64,000 nt of DNA from Ostrea edulis (GCF_947568905.1 NC_079170.1:6758001-6822000); one strand, 5' to 3'; shown: positions 10,501 through 22,431, numbered from the stretch's first letter. Numbers and translations: made by a program. Notes: generated by a model from the letters alone, not told the origin.

Positions 10501-12522
10501 TTTGGAATACTAGACGTAGAAGGGGAATTCAAATGGGTAAGAAATAAGCTTTGAAATTAATTTAGTTGAGATGCAACTACATGTACTTGAATCAAAGAAG
10601 AATTCTGTTTGACTGTTGTTTAACGCCCCAGCGAGAATATTTCACTTTTGTCGAGACATAATCGAGTACACTTTCAGATGGCGTGCCACATATTTATCTA
10701 ATTGACTTTTAATAATTTTCACGTCACTTCGACATTTTTTCACTCTTAAAAATATGTTGGCACTTGTTAAGTGATTATATAGGCAATTTCTCTATAGGGC
10801 TAAATTCTACTCTTGCAAGTGACATCACTTATTAATCCGAGCGCTTGGAACCGTGTCGCTACTCCTAACTCTTAGCGCGGCTGGGATCCGAACCCGGCAA
10901 CAATCTTCTGGTCTCAAAGCAATCGTTATACTTATTTAACAACCATGACTAGTATCAAATTCTTCATACGGTTCCTTATTGTCAACTGTCACGAAAACCT
11001 CTGTTTTAAGGTCTCATCCGAAGGACCCATGACCTTCTCTTCTTTCTGGCGAACACTTGGCGATGAAGTAATTACTGCTCAAGTTAAAGGATTCTGTTCT
11101 AGCATGTCTTGACACCATAAAGCATTTAGATAATCAATGTACAGATGTTTCAGCTTAGTTGTTTAGTGAAGTACGTAATTTTTCTGTTTTAGGAATTATA
11201 AATACTGCAAAACTTCATAGAGTTAGGTTCCCATTTGATCTTTCGAGAGTAGTTGACAATTTCCATGCGACACTTACAAAGGAACTCTGTTCATCCCCGG
11301 AAAATGCTGTCTTTCTTCCCAGAAAACTGGAAGTTCGTTCAAGGTAAGGATGATTTTTGATTGATTGATTGATTTTTTATGTTTTCCGCCACACTCAACA
11401 ATTTTTCAGTTATAAGGTGGCGCCCATTTTTTTGTTGGTGGAAGAGAGAACCTAGATACAATGCACCTGGGAAGAGACCACCGACCTTCCGAAAGTAAAC
11501 TGGGAAACTTTCTCACTTACCGGCGCGAGCAGGATTCGAACGCTCTAATCACTCGGCCACGGAGGCCCCTCAGGATGATTTTTGTATACTTGAATAAGAT
11601 AAGACAAATTAAATTCTGTACATTAATATGAATGTCATGTCTAAGCTTTTTATCTTTGTATCAACATAAATTTTAAAGTTGCGTTAAAAATTGATAAAGC
11701 TTTAGAAGGTCACTTGCTACAAAATTTCTTCACAAATGATGATGAAAATGGATACTACATGTAGATATATGTTTATGTAAGTGAAATGAATAGATTTCAC
11801 TGCAGGAAAGTTAACTTGATTTTTATCACGTTTTCTCAATAAACAGTGGGATAATCTTGTATAGATTTACATAGTTAGGGATGATATTTTACAATTTTGA
11901 ACATCATAAAAAATATACAAGTTCCAAATATTTTAAGATCGAGTTTAATGATTGCAACCAGAATAACTCAACAAATAAAGCATATATATTTTAAACCCTT
12001 GCATATATTTTATGTAGCAAGTGTCCTACATAAAGAAATTTGAAAGTTCTATTTAAAAGATTTACTGACGTGTGTTTGAGTAGCTAAAATTCAATAATGA
12101 CAGGGAGACTTGTCTTTGTCGTGAAACAGCACGAGGGTGGTCATTTTTACATAGATGAAAGAAAACAACGAAAAACAAAATCTGATTATGGCTAGCCCAA
12201 GGACTATCGTAAAGTTACGAAATTCTAAAAGTTTACGATGAACTCTGGAACTTAGAAAAGCCTAAGCCTGGGTGTTATTCAAAGTATTTAGGAACATATC
12301 CCTGTATTCTCTATAGGATTGTTTTAGATTGAGTAATGCTTATTATGATAATGAACATTAATATATTCACCTTTTTCTCATGTTTTTAACTTATAATTCA
12401 ATGCTACGATTTTCAGCGACGAACCTCGTATCCTTCTGCAGTATCACGCTTCTTGTCAAAAAACAACAGAAAGCACAAGGGGCGAGAAAACAATAGAAAG
12501 CACAAGGGTGGGGAAACAGTGA
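1561..12522 (+). CDS. Delta/Serrate (DSL-family)-like protein: MNNL/C2 domain + atypical DSL + about 56 EGF repeats; 5' signal-peptide exon(s) not identified
   Basis: Exons by eye: ~1561 (or 1621)-1744, 3676-3851, 3984-4102, 4216-10536, 11193-11343 and probable last exon 12417-12522; donors/acceptors are GT/AG and phases join. FNFCYR...SVTYGSKVGNSTNPQFLEVDNW|KKYLDKISVNVYD..RLIY..QNW..LQLTYKVYC parallels the Delta/Jagged MNNL domain; CSEGYYGSECTAHCPGNPRKCVVNGHTYCKMGWGGTNC keeps all six DSL cysteines. First acceptor and last exon are the least certain. Confidence 0.8.
1802..2746 (+). mobile_element. Non-autonomous Helentron-type element (HINE) with degenerate tandem core repeats
   Basis: 5' TTTAGCTCGCCTGAGC...GCTCAAGTGAGC subterminal motif, GTC microsatellite, repeated GGGGCCACAATAGGGG cores, 3' end CACGTGCGCGATGTGACCTATGGGCTTCTGTT; architecture of bivalve Pearl/HINE elements. 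Confidence 0.7.
4216..10536 (+). CDS. Giant 6321-nt internal exon encoding about 56 EGF-like repeats
   Basis: Acceptor tgtag|GT TGG at 4216, donor ATG G|gtaaga at 10536; open frame throughout (supplied ORF 4332-10547). 53 six-Cys and 3 truncated four-Cys EGF modules counted by eye; several have D/N-x-D/N-E-C calcium-binding starts. Confidence 0.95.
5355..6131 (+). repeat. Coding tandem repeat, 7 x 111 bp (one EGF module each)
   Basis: K[IV]D[YF]CNNQ[HR]CSNHGTCRNGNTKYTCNCNPG[YF][TI]GTNCE repeated seven times, near-identical at DNA level. Confidence 0.95.
6132..7680 (+). repeat. Coding block duplication, 2 x 774 bp (7 EGF modules each)
   Basis: EGF18-24 repeated as EGF25-31; shadow ORFs at 6457/7231 and 6505/7279 are offset by exactly 774 nt. 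Confidence 0.9.
10610..11030 (-). mobile_element. Degenerate SINE-like fragments (contain the Harbinger empty target site at 10908-10910)
   Basis: Tail-like TTGTTTAACGCCCCAGCGAGAATATTTCACT, B-box-like GGGATCCGAACCCGG and AAGGTCTCATCCGAAGGACC motifs of the kind found in bivalve tRNA-derived SINEs. Confidence 0.45.
11360..11571 (-). mobile_element. tRNA-derived SINE with 13-bp target-site duplication (duplicate at ~31077-31331)
   Basis: GGGGCCTCCGTGGCCGAGTG A-box head, GGTTCGAATCC B-box (intact only in copy B), (ATCA)n tail; AGGATGATTTTTG at 11347-11359 and 11572-11584. Confidence 0.85.
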
Positions 12523-12957
12523 CCATTCTCTGACCTTCAACCAAGGACAAATTAAAAGAATAACCTTATAAAATTTTAACTGAATATGTTTATTTTCCTA
12601 TCGTTGTGTTTTAATTTCTTTTACATTATATAATATATTTCAGTCAAAAAGAATGATTTAATTTGTAAATCAGTGTAGCATATGCTTAGGCAAACTTACT
12701 ATCTTTTTATTCAGAATTAGATTGTTGTTGTTGTTCAGTAAACCGACAAGATATGATTTGTATTTAATGTCAAACCTCTTCAAATATATGTTATCCCCCC
12801 TACAATTAGGGTTAACAGCACTAATTTTACAATAATATTGTTCAAAGGGGAAAAATCAAAGGATTACTAATGAAGAAATCTGTGGCTAAATCGAAAAAGT
12901 TCCGCCATTTTGATTCTGATAGTGTGGTAGACCATTGTATTTTAAAAGATGAGTTAC

Positions 12958-13140
12958 AGAGGTGGGTCTAGAGGAGGGGGTTATGGGGGTTGTATATCAG
13001 GCGCGGATCTAGAGACGGGGTTACGGCGATCGTACCTGAGGTGGTGTTACGGGGGTTGTACATCAGTGGCGGATCTAGAAGCGGGGTTATGGGGGTTGTA
13101 CATCAGAGGCGGATCTAGAGACGGGGTTATGGGAGTTGCC
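12958..13140. repeat. GC-rich ~37-bp tandem repeat resembling a DNA-transposon terminus (duplicate ~32718-32900)
   Basis: CAGTGGCGGATCTAGAAGCGGGGTTATGGGGGTTGTACAT-like unit about 5 times; CAG(T/G)GGCGGATC is a common MITE terminal motif. Confidence 0.6.
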
Positions 13141-13784
13141 ACCAATCCCTTTGGTCGAATTATTTTCAAAAATGGTAATTAGTCATCAGTAGAATTATCA
13201 CGTTAAACATCACTTTAAGTACAAGCATTGTAATGCAATCATATCATTTATATAGTATTTATCATTGTATGCATTATATATTTCATATTGCTCATATTCA
13301 AGTATAATACCATCTGGTAGGCATAAAAATGTCAATAATGTATACATGTTGTAAAACAATTAAATTTGATGTGATAACATTCTCTACCTCCTATTGTGCA
13401 CAGATTTGTATTGCAATTCAATTTATTAAAACATACTGCATAATTACCGCCTTTTTCACGTTCGGTGTACAGTGACATGTACATGTATCACATTTCATAT
13501 TGAGAATTAAAATATTCAATGTAGGAAATGTAGACGCAGTAATATAGTTGATTTCTAAATTTTTAATTCTAATCACAAGAATGCATTATCAAGTATAAGG
13601 TCATAAAAAGGCAAGACGGGGAGAAATGAGGACAGGAATTTATTTTCACCTGTCAGACTGAGTGTTTGGTACCCTGTTGACACATACGCCATTGCTTCAC
13701 ACATAAAAGGCGGTCACCTGAATGCTCTTTTGCAAAGCGTATTGGTGAACAATGAAATAATTTCAAAAGATATCGAATGTTATG

Positions 13785-14325
13785 ATGAAAGGTGAAAATA
13801 GCCAACAGTGATCAATCTCATAACTCCTATAAGGAATACAAAATAGAGAGTTTGGCAAACACGGACCCCTGGATATACCAGAGGTGGGATCAGGTGCCTA
13901 GGAGGAGTCAGCATCCCCTGTCGACCGGTCACACCCGCCGTGAGCCCTATATTTTGATAAGGTAAACGGAGTAATCCGTAGTCAAAATCAGTGTGCCAAT
14001 AACGGTCTGAAAATCGGTATGAAACACGTCACAGTGTTTGACCCAATGATATGTTGAATTGGCAAACTAGATCGTTATAACGACCATGCTGGCTTAAAAC
14101 AAGACCGTTGAAACCCCTGTAACATCAATGTGTTTGTCAGTGGCCTGTCCTGATTTTAAAAATGATCATACGCAGAACAAGCTTTTGTGTTTAGAATCAG
14201 TTGAGATATATAAACACCATAAGTAAATGATAATGGAACATTGCTACATAATTTTGGGAAGTTGACGATGGAGATGCTGAAAACATCCCATTTGCCATAT
14301 AGTTGAGTTTTTAGTTTAACGTTAA
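13785..14325 (-). mobile_element. Penelope-like retroelement 3' fragment, degenerate RT C-terminus (duplicate ~33545-34085)
   Basis: Minus-strand translation KLKTQLYGKWDVFSISIVNFPKLCSNVPLSFTYGVYISQLI...LTNTLMLQGF resembles the LYDKRDDF.F.IVNFP.L.SNIP...YGVYISQL motif of Penelope-like RTs; contains a stop; followed by a GC-rich 3' tail. Confidence 0.7.
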
Positions 14326-15109
14326 TATTTATTTTTCAATAAAAAAGTATGAAGCAGATCAGGAAGAATTTTTTAAGAATCCAAATGCCATATGTAGTAG
14401 CACAGTACGTTTGAAATTTCCCCTTCACAGCTGTTAATATTTTCGTGGGGAGCTAAGATGAGGGGGAGGGGGGGGGGCTTGGTAGAACATTTACTGGATT
14501 CAGCAATGTATCTTTGTAAAAGTTTTTGTGAAGGTGTTTGCCAAGGAGAATAACTGTGAAAGAGGCCACGACAATCAGGATGATAATTCTGTCTCTTACA
14601 AGTAGATACATGTATACTACCTGATCCTTTAAAATCATAATGTAAATATGAGTATCAGCAATATTTGTATATCCACTTTTAAATTTGATTGTGTAGCTGG
14701 GTATCTCAGTCAGTTCACTGTTGACTGCTGATCTGTACCTGTAGATCGCAGGTTTGAATTCAGCAAAGATTTTAATATTTTCAGATTACTTTCTACTAAC
14801 TCTGCATTTTTTGACTAAATAAAGTAAATTGGAAAGGTTTCAATTTCAAAATATCGGTATACACCCTCCACTTTTTATCCAATTAAATTCCTCTCATGTG
14901 TTATTCCTCCTCTATACAGGTGACCTAATAATCATGTAAATCATCTTAACAACATTTTATGTGAAATTCTAGTCATAGAAGGTGGCCTTCTAATGACCAT
15001 ACACAAAAAATTTAAATGTTATTTGAGTTTTGTGTTTCTTGACTTTCATTATTGGATATATTTACTGTATCAAATACTGGATTCCTTTTACAAATGTACA
15101 GGAAGGGAG

Positions 15110-15450
15110 AGAATGCAATGGAGCAGACCGGGATTCGAACCCGGGCCACTTGAATCTCTAGTCAGGTGCTCTACCAACTGAGCTATCTGGCCACCAGCAA
15201 TCAAACCTGGCTGATTGCTACATCCCCCCCTCCTTAAATGTCTTCACATTTGAAAACATCAACCCAGAATCTTTATCCCCTGAAAGGCATTTTCACCTGT
15301 CACTTTCAGGCGCTGGTCTATAGCACCAACAGTAAGAAGAAGGGAGAAAATGTAACGGACCAGACCAGGATTCGAACCCCCCCCCCTCCCCTGAACCTCT
15401 AGTCAGGTGCTCTACCAATTGAGTTATCTGGCCGACGGCAACCGAACCCT
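15110..15450 (-). mobile_element. Two tRNA-like SINE-head copies in tandem (cores 15121-15192 and ~15358-15433; duplicate ~34870-35215)
   Basis: GGCCAGATAGCTCAGTTGGTAGAGCACCTGACTAGAGATTCAAGTGGCCCGGGTTCGAATCCCGG: A and B boxes, cloverleaf with 8-nt anticodon loop; same family as 49123-49195. Confidence 0.7.
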
Positions 15451-15736
15451 GCTGACCGCTAGTTAGCTAGCTATGTATATTTCAAAAATTCACATTTAAT
15501 TTTGTACACGAGGCACTAAGGCACATTTAAATTGCATGTACATTACAATAGATTCTTTTCTTTTTTTTTAATTGTGACGTCAATAGCTATATTTATATGT
15601 ACATCAAAATTAAATGTGAAATTTAAAACATACATAGCTAGCTTTCTGTATAAACATAGCTATTGACAACACAATTCAATGTTGAAAACATACAAACTCC
15701 ACAAAAAATGTATTGTATATATGTACATGCAAATTC

Positions 15737-15793
<57 letters not shown>

Positions 15794-16260
15794 GCACTGG
15801 TAACTGTAAGTCACATAAATTCAAATAATTATGATCTTACAATTTAGACTTGTGATAAGATTGGGAATAACCAAAAAAAAAATAGATTATTTAATAATTT
15901 CAGAACCACATAGCTACATTATACAAATATATAATTATATATTGATCGTGTGTTTCAGTATTATGCCTAGATATGAGGGAACAAGAAAATTGGATTTTCA
16001 TGGAATTTTGGCAGAAATAATATTTGATACGTTTCAAAAGATCTTCACATTCAAAAGCTAAATACATGTAACTGAACCTAATGCTAGGGATGAATGATTA
16101 GAACATTACATTAGAGAGTAAATATATTAGAATTTTATTCAGATTGTCATATCTTTGAAGAACATTTTTAGTGCACTAAAATTACAACACCTTCATACAA
16201 CTGACATTATTAACATCATCATGTACAAACAATCCATACACTCTATACAATATACTCCAC

Positions 16261-17078
16261 TGTACAAGTCAATATCTCTCTATCAGACAGACAAGTCAAT
16301 ATCTCTCTATCAGACAGACACTCTATACAATATATTCCTCTGTACAAGTCAATATCTCTCTATCAGACAGACAAGTCAATATCTCTCTATCAGACAGACA
16401 AGTCAATATCTTTCTATCAGACAGACAAGTCAATATCTCTCTATAAGACAGACAAGTCAATATCTCTCTATCAGACAGACAAGTCAATATCTCTCTATAA
16501 GACAGACAAGTCAATATCTCTCTATCAGACAGACAAGTCAATATCTCTCTATCAGACAGACAAGTCAATATCTCTCTATAAGACAGACAAGTCAATATCT
16601 CTCTATCAGACAGACAAGTCAATATCTCTCTATAAGACAGACAAGTTAATATCTCTCTATAAGACAGACAACTCAATATCTCTCTATCAGACAGACAAGT
16701 CAATATCTCTCTATCAGACAGACAAGACAATATCTCTCTATGAGACAGACAAGTCAATATCTCCCTATCAGACAGACAAGTCAATATTTCTCTATCAGAC
16801 AGACAAGTCAATATCTCTCTATAAGACAGACAAGTCAATATCTCTCTATCAGACAGACAAGTCAATATTTCTCTATCAGACAGACAAGTCAATATCTCTC
16901 TATAAGACAGACAAGTCAATATTTCTCTATCAGACAGACAAGTCAATATCTCTCTATAAGACAGACAAGTCAATATCTCTCTATCAGACAGACAAGTCAA
17001 TATCTCTCTATCAGATTGACACTCTATACAATACAGATGTATATTCCTCTGTACGAGTCAATATCTCTCTATCAGACA
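16261..17078. repeat. 27-bp minisatellite in 3' UTR of HEMK1 copy A
   Basis: (AGTCAATATCTCTCTATCAGACAGACA)n; explains shadow ORFs SQYLSIRQT and CLSDREILT. Confidence 0.95.
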
Positions 17079-19519
17079 AAACCGCTCTCTGTAAGTAAAA
17101 TAAAATGAAGACATTTCACTATTTACATAACATTAAAAATTATTTAAATTCTAAATGTTCGTAAGTTGAAATTTGCAAATATAATAAGCTTAAATGCATT
17201 CTAATCAATCTCTCATCTTTACTTGTGAATAGATGTAATAAGTAATGCACATTCATTTAATTTCGTCTAATATTTTAGCAGTTACATGTAAGTACAAAGA
17301 ATTCATCACGTGATTATCAGCTTATTTTTTATTTTTTTTGTGTGTGTGTTAATTTGTTTTGCTGTAGGCATTAAAGGTACAAATGCTTCAATTTTATGTT
17401 AGATTTTTTTGCATAAAGATACCAATACTGCGGTATTCTATGAATAAAATGAAGAAATAATCTCAATCAGATATATATGTAAAATAGTTTCAAAACACAA
17501 CCTGTCTTTTTATATACTTTCGATCTGAAACAAATGGAGTGCTGATCACTGACTGTTTTATCCTTACTACTACATCTACAATCTATGAACTCGATGTCTA
17601 AACTTACCAAGGCCAATTTTCTTTCCAATTACATGTGAAGAAGGCATGCGCTATGTACATATTATACAAATAAGGCTAACCGAAGATGTGTGAGAGTTAA
17701 ATTAGTCACAATTAGTCACAGTGTGAGAGTTAAATTAGTCACAGTGTGAGAGTTAAATTAGTCACAGATGAACACAATATTTTGACCTATTCCTTTCATT
17801 TGAGATGAAATCAAACAATTTACGCTGCACGAGTCATTTATACTGCCGTTATAGATACACTAACCATGTCAGTGTGAGAAACAAAAACCAATGTAATTAT
17901 TAATACACGTGTACCTCTAACGATTCATTTTAACTTATAATGTAATAATAAAACACGACAGTAACGAAGACAAGTATTTTGAAACAAAATGAGACAGTTT
18001 GGTGTCAATCAATGTCCCACACTCTCTAGTGAAATCCTCAATAGACTTGACAAATTCCTATAGTGACATTGTAGCAATTTTGCCTACCTTCTGGTGAAAT
18101 CCTCAACAGACTTGACAAATTCCTATAGTGACATTGTAACAATTTTGCCTACCTTCTGGTGAAATCCTCAATAGACTTGACAAATTCCAGTGCACAGTTT
18201 GAATCGCTGTTGATGATACTCTGTATCGTCTTGTGCTGCTCCAGACCAGTCTCAAGCCACAGTCTCCTACAAAAACAGAGAGAAAGTTCAACAACAATTT
18301 TACTGATAATTCTGCTGTTTGGGGAGGTTTGTCAAAGCTAATACCAGTGTCTGCTGTCAATATATGAAGTACATATACATGTGCTACAATCTTTGCAATA
18401 TAAGTATCTTTTGTAACAATCTACAGTTTGACACAAATACATGTATGTCAGCATATATCAAAAAACATAAATCCATTTATTTTGTTTATATTGGTTAAAT
18501 ATACTAGTTAATGTTTCATTTAAAGCAAATTTTTCAAATTACAAGTTAATTTTGAACACAATTACACAGTTTCTAGTTTTGTCACATTTCCTTTTGTTTC
18601 AAACATGATATTTTCTGTCAAAGAATCTAATTGTAAACAAAAACATGGCTCTTATGTGAGAACTGTATCTCATTTGTAACTCAACTGACATTCAATTGTT
18701 TGCTGACCATTAGAAATACCTTAATCAAACATTGTAAACATTAAAAACGGGAAAATACAATTTGAAAATTTTCAGCTCAAATCATTTCAAAGATGCATAA
18801 CTTTATAAACCAGTGATTGAAACACGTTTACTGAATCCATACCCATTCTTCTTCAATAACATGGGGGAAACGGCTAGCAAATGTCTTATGAAATCCAGTC
18901 CATCAGTCCCACCGTCCAACGCCCCCCTGTCTTCATATCTAAAATATGCGCAAAGTAAAAACCGTCAGACAAAACAATCACATCATATAATACATGTCAT
19001 TCAATTTCATATCCATTGTACAGATTCAGAATGGCACTGAACTGCGTCCAGTGTGTTTTACCTTCTGACCTCTGGGTCAAGGTCATCAATATCTGCTGTG
19101 GGTATATACGGAGGGTTGCTAACGATGATATCAAATGGACCAAGTCGAGATAAGTATTGCATAGTCTCTGTAAAACCATCAATGAATGAATTACTATGAC
19201 TGTTTAAATCAACTGCACTTTTTTTATCATCTCACAACCATGTTGAGAATCATGATGATGTATTTAAAAGTTATGAGAAAAACAGAACAAACTTTCTTGT
19301 GTTTTTAAATGCTGATACACACATAGTATTTCAATCCTGATTTCAAAAAATTCAAACATCTTCCACTTTATCATTCCACTACAGCCTAACTTTGTATCCT
19401 ATGTAGAAGAACGGTGTAAAGCCTGTCATTTCTGACCTTGCAGTGTTACATGTGATTACATGAGGGAATTAAATGAAGAATGCTATACCTTCAACAGATG
19501 ATGAAGAAATTTCACATTC

Positions 19520-21287
19520 ACAAGAGGCCCACAGACCATATCACTCACCTGAGTCACCTTGGCTCTGCTGTTGTGATTTCTAAAACAGACTTTTATTTCA
19601 ATCTTTATTACCATATTATAACCCCAACTTAGCACCATAAGGTCACGACATAAACAAAAATTGAAAGTATGGGATAATTAACTTCTAATTTCTAATGATT
19701 TTATTCTAATTAAGATAATATTGAGGGTAAGAAATAAAGTAAATTTAATATATTTATGCCATAAATTCTAAATGAATGAAATTTAATTATTTTTTTATTA
19801 ATCAATCGAAAATGTGTATCCAATATTTTTTTACCCCCGATTGCCCATCACTAGCTCTACCTTAAAGAGTTCAGGAGATATTGAATAGGTTAGTTTTCCT
19901 TAAAAGAGGTCAAACTCCAAGATCAGTGTCACAAGGTTAAAATCTTCGGTACCATGTCACAAGGAACATGCTTAGCCTTATGAAATATGAAAGCCCTATC
20001 ACTCGCCATTCAAAAGTTATGAGCAAGGTTAGAGCTTCAGACAAGACAGACAGACAGACAGACAGGACAAAAAGAGTCGCAGAAAGTTGCAAGGGCATTA
20101 GAAAAACTGGAATGTTATCTCTCTTCTAGCACATGTTGTTGGAACAAATGTTCGAAGATCAACTTGCATGAAATACCGTGGATGCTATTTGAATGAACAA
20201 TTAAATTTCAAAAAACTTGTAAGCAAAAAATGCAGGACCATCTCATTGAATATATTCCAAATTAGACAAATTCATAAATAACTAACGCAGGATTCGTGCA
20301 GACAGTTAATACAACCTTTATTGATTAGTCATCTTGATTATACTAACAGTGTGCTATACTGCCTACCAAATTGTACTTATTCAAACGACTGCAACTCCTT
20401 CAAAATCATGCTGCAAAAGTTGTTTTAAAATGGAAATCTACTGACAGTTCAAGAGAAGCCCTAAAGAGTCTGCATTGGTTACCTGTCCAGTATATTTTAG
20501 AATCAAATTTAAGATTGCTTGTATCGTTTTTAAATGTCTCAATGAGAGTGACACTCCTTTATATCTTAACAATATGTTGAGCATGAGAAGGTCAGCCTAT
20601 GACACCCAATCTGTTGACGTTGGAACCAAAACACTCATTATTCCGGCCGTTAAACGAAAAACGTTTGCATCAAGACCATTCTCACTAGCAGGACCAACCG
20701 TGTGGAACGAGCTGTCACAAAATATTAGGACAATAACTAAATATACCTATTTTAAACGCCATCTGAAAACATTTTATTTCACTACTGCCTTTTACTAACT
20801 GTTACACACATGTCAATTTCACTATATTACGATATTAACTTTTTTACTTGTGTAATGTTTTACTTCTGTACAGTGCCTTTGATATCTTTTATTATAAAAT
20901 TGTGCACTTTATGAATTGTAATAATAAATTGTGATAATAAGAATCCACACATTTTGGAAACATTTGCACTTGGATCTGATTTATGGTAGTGTAGCCCAGT
21001 GGTTCTTAAGAAGAAGATTTTTAAATGATCCCAAACCAATTTTGCCTTTTCTTAATTATCTCCCCTTTTAAGGAGGCATGGACCTTCATTTGAAGAAACT
21101 AAAATCTCCTTTACCAAAGAAGGATTTGTACCAATTTTGATTGAAATTGGCTCAGTGACGTGGTTCTGGAGAAGAGGAAAATGTGAAAAGTTAACAGACA
21201 GACCATGAACAGACAGACGACAGACAAAGGAGTTAAAGGTCATCAGAAAAAGCTCACATGGGCGGGCTTTTAGCTCAGGTGAGTTAA
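19520..21287 (-). mobile_element. HINE-type element interrupted by nested insertions (duplicate ~39213-40987)
   Basis: 3' end ACAAGAGGCCCACAGACCATATCACTCACCTG at 19521 and 5' end GCTTTTAGCTCAGGTGAG at ~21270-21285 with (GACA)n microsatellite and core repeat; a LINE fragment lies between. That both ends belong to one element is inferred. Confidence 0.6.
20130..20800 (+). mobile_element. L2/CR1-type LINE ORF2 3' fragment, frameshifted (duplicate ~39823-40493)
   Basis: [13 protein letters not shown]...[23 protein letters not shown]...[19 protein letters not shown]...[10 protein letters not shown] is the characteristic L2-clade C-terminus. Confidence 0.85.
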
Positions 21288-21646
21288 TACGATGTCTTCA
21301 TCAAGGTAGGATAAATTCCTTATCAATCAAAATGGAGGAATTATATTAATCTATTTCATTATATTTTTTAAATTTTAGGACTCGTAAGTATATCACGGTT
21401 TTCTCACCAGTAGTTTCTCCATTTTTCGCCTCAAATCACACAATGATAATGATTGATCACGAGCGCCACTAACAAACCTGCACTTTTGAAATCCATGTTA
21501 AGGACAACAGCTCTCCCCTGCACTTGATGCTTGGTCAGGTTCTCCAGCGTAAGGTCACAGGCAACACGGCTGATATCACATGCCACGGCTGTCATCTGCA
21601 GGAATAGCAACCAAAAGTTAGAACATAGGTCCCCATAGGTTATGAT

Positions 21647-22129
21647 ACATAAATACAGACTGCATCAAGCCATAAATACAGACTGCATCAAGTTATAGAT
21701 ATCCTACATAAATACAGACTGCATCAAGTCATAAATACAGACTGCATCAAGTCATAAATACAGACTGTATCAAGTTATAGATATCCTACATAAATACAGA
21801 CTGCATCAAGTTATAGATATCCTACATAAATACAGACTGCATCAAGTCATAAATACAGACTGCATCAAGTCATAAATACAGACTGCATCAAGTTATAGAT
21901 ATCCTACATAAATACAGACTGCATCAAGTTATAGATATCCTACATAAATACAGACTGCATCAAGTTATAGATATCCTACATAAATACAGACTGCATCAAG
22001 TTATAGATATCCTACATAAATACAGACTGCATCAAGTTATAGATATCCTACATAAATACAGACTGCATCAAGTTATAAATACAGACTGCATCAAGTTATA
22101 AATACAGACTGCATCAAGTTATAGATATC
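21647..22129. repeat. 36/23-bp minisatellite (CATAAATACAGACTGCATCAAGTTATAGATATCCTA)n; shorter copy at ~41347-41578
   Basis: Directly visible tandem array in HEMK1 intron 4. Confidence 0.9.
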
Positions 22130-22431
22130 CTTTGTTTACAAACTTGCCATGAAGCGAAGAATATCATTATTGTACTTAAGGTATGACAATAACTACAAAT
22201 TCTTCAGCAACATGCATGTAAATAGGATAATTATATTATTATGATGTTTATTGTGATCTTCAGTTTATGGTTTTCTAGAAAAAACACACTGAGTTCATTT
22301 GAATAATTTCATGTATAATTGTAATACTGGATTTGAAATGGAGAGAAAGAGAGAAAGTGAATGATAGAGAGATGACAAATGATCCACACTTGTGTCAATA
22401 TGCAAGGAGACTAACGTAAGTATATGACATT

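Noticed and set aside
4332-10547. Calling the 2071-aa ORF a Notch receptor or a complete single-exon gene
   Set aside because: No LNR, transmembrane or ankyrin regions; the frame extends upstream to an acceptor at 4216 (the listed start is GTG in frame) and ends at a donor at 10536; upstream exons encode MNNL and DSL.
4507-10554. Many alternative-frame and antisense ORFs overlapping the EGF exon
   Set aside because: Shadows of a repetitive Cys/Asn/Thr-rich coding sequence; no independent homology.
12949-13182. Gly-rich ORF MSYRGGSRGGGYGG
   Set aside because: Arises from the G-rich ~37-bp tandem repeat.
14453-14638. Hydrophobic minus-strand ORF as the missing transmembrane exon
   Set aside because: Wrong strand for the DSL gene and no supporting splice sites or homology.
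16155-17108. ORFs of SQYLSIRQT / CLSDREILT repeats (also 35902-36801)
   Set aside because: Translations of the 27-bp minisatellite; only 17058-17088 and 36751-36781 are true coding sequence.
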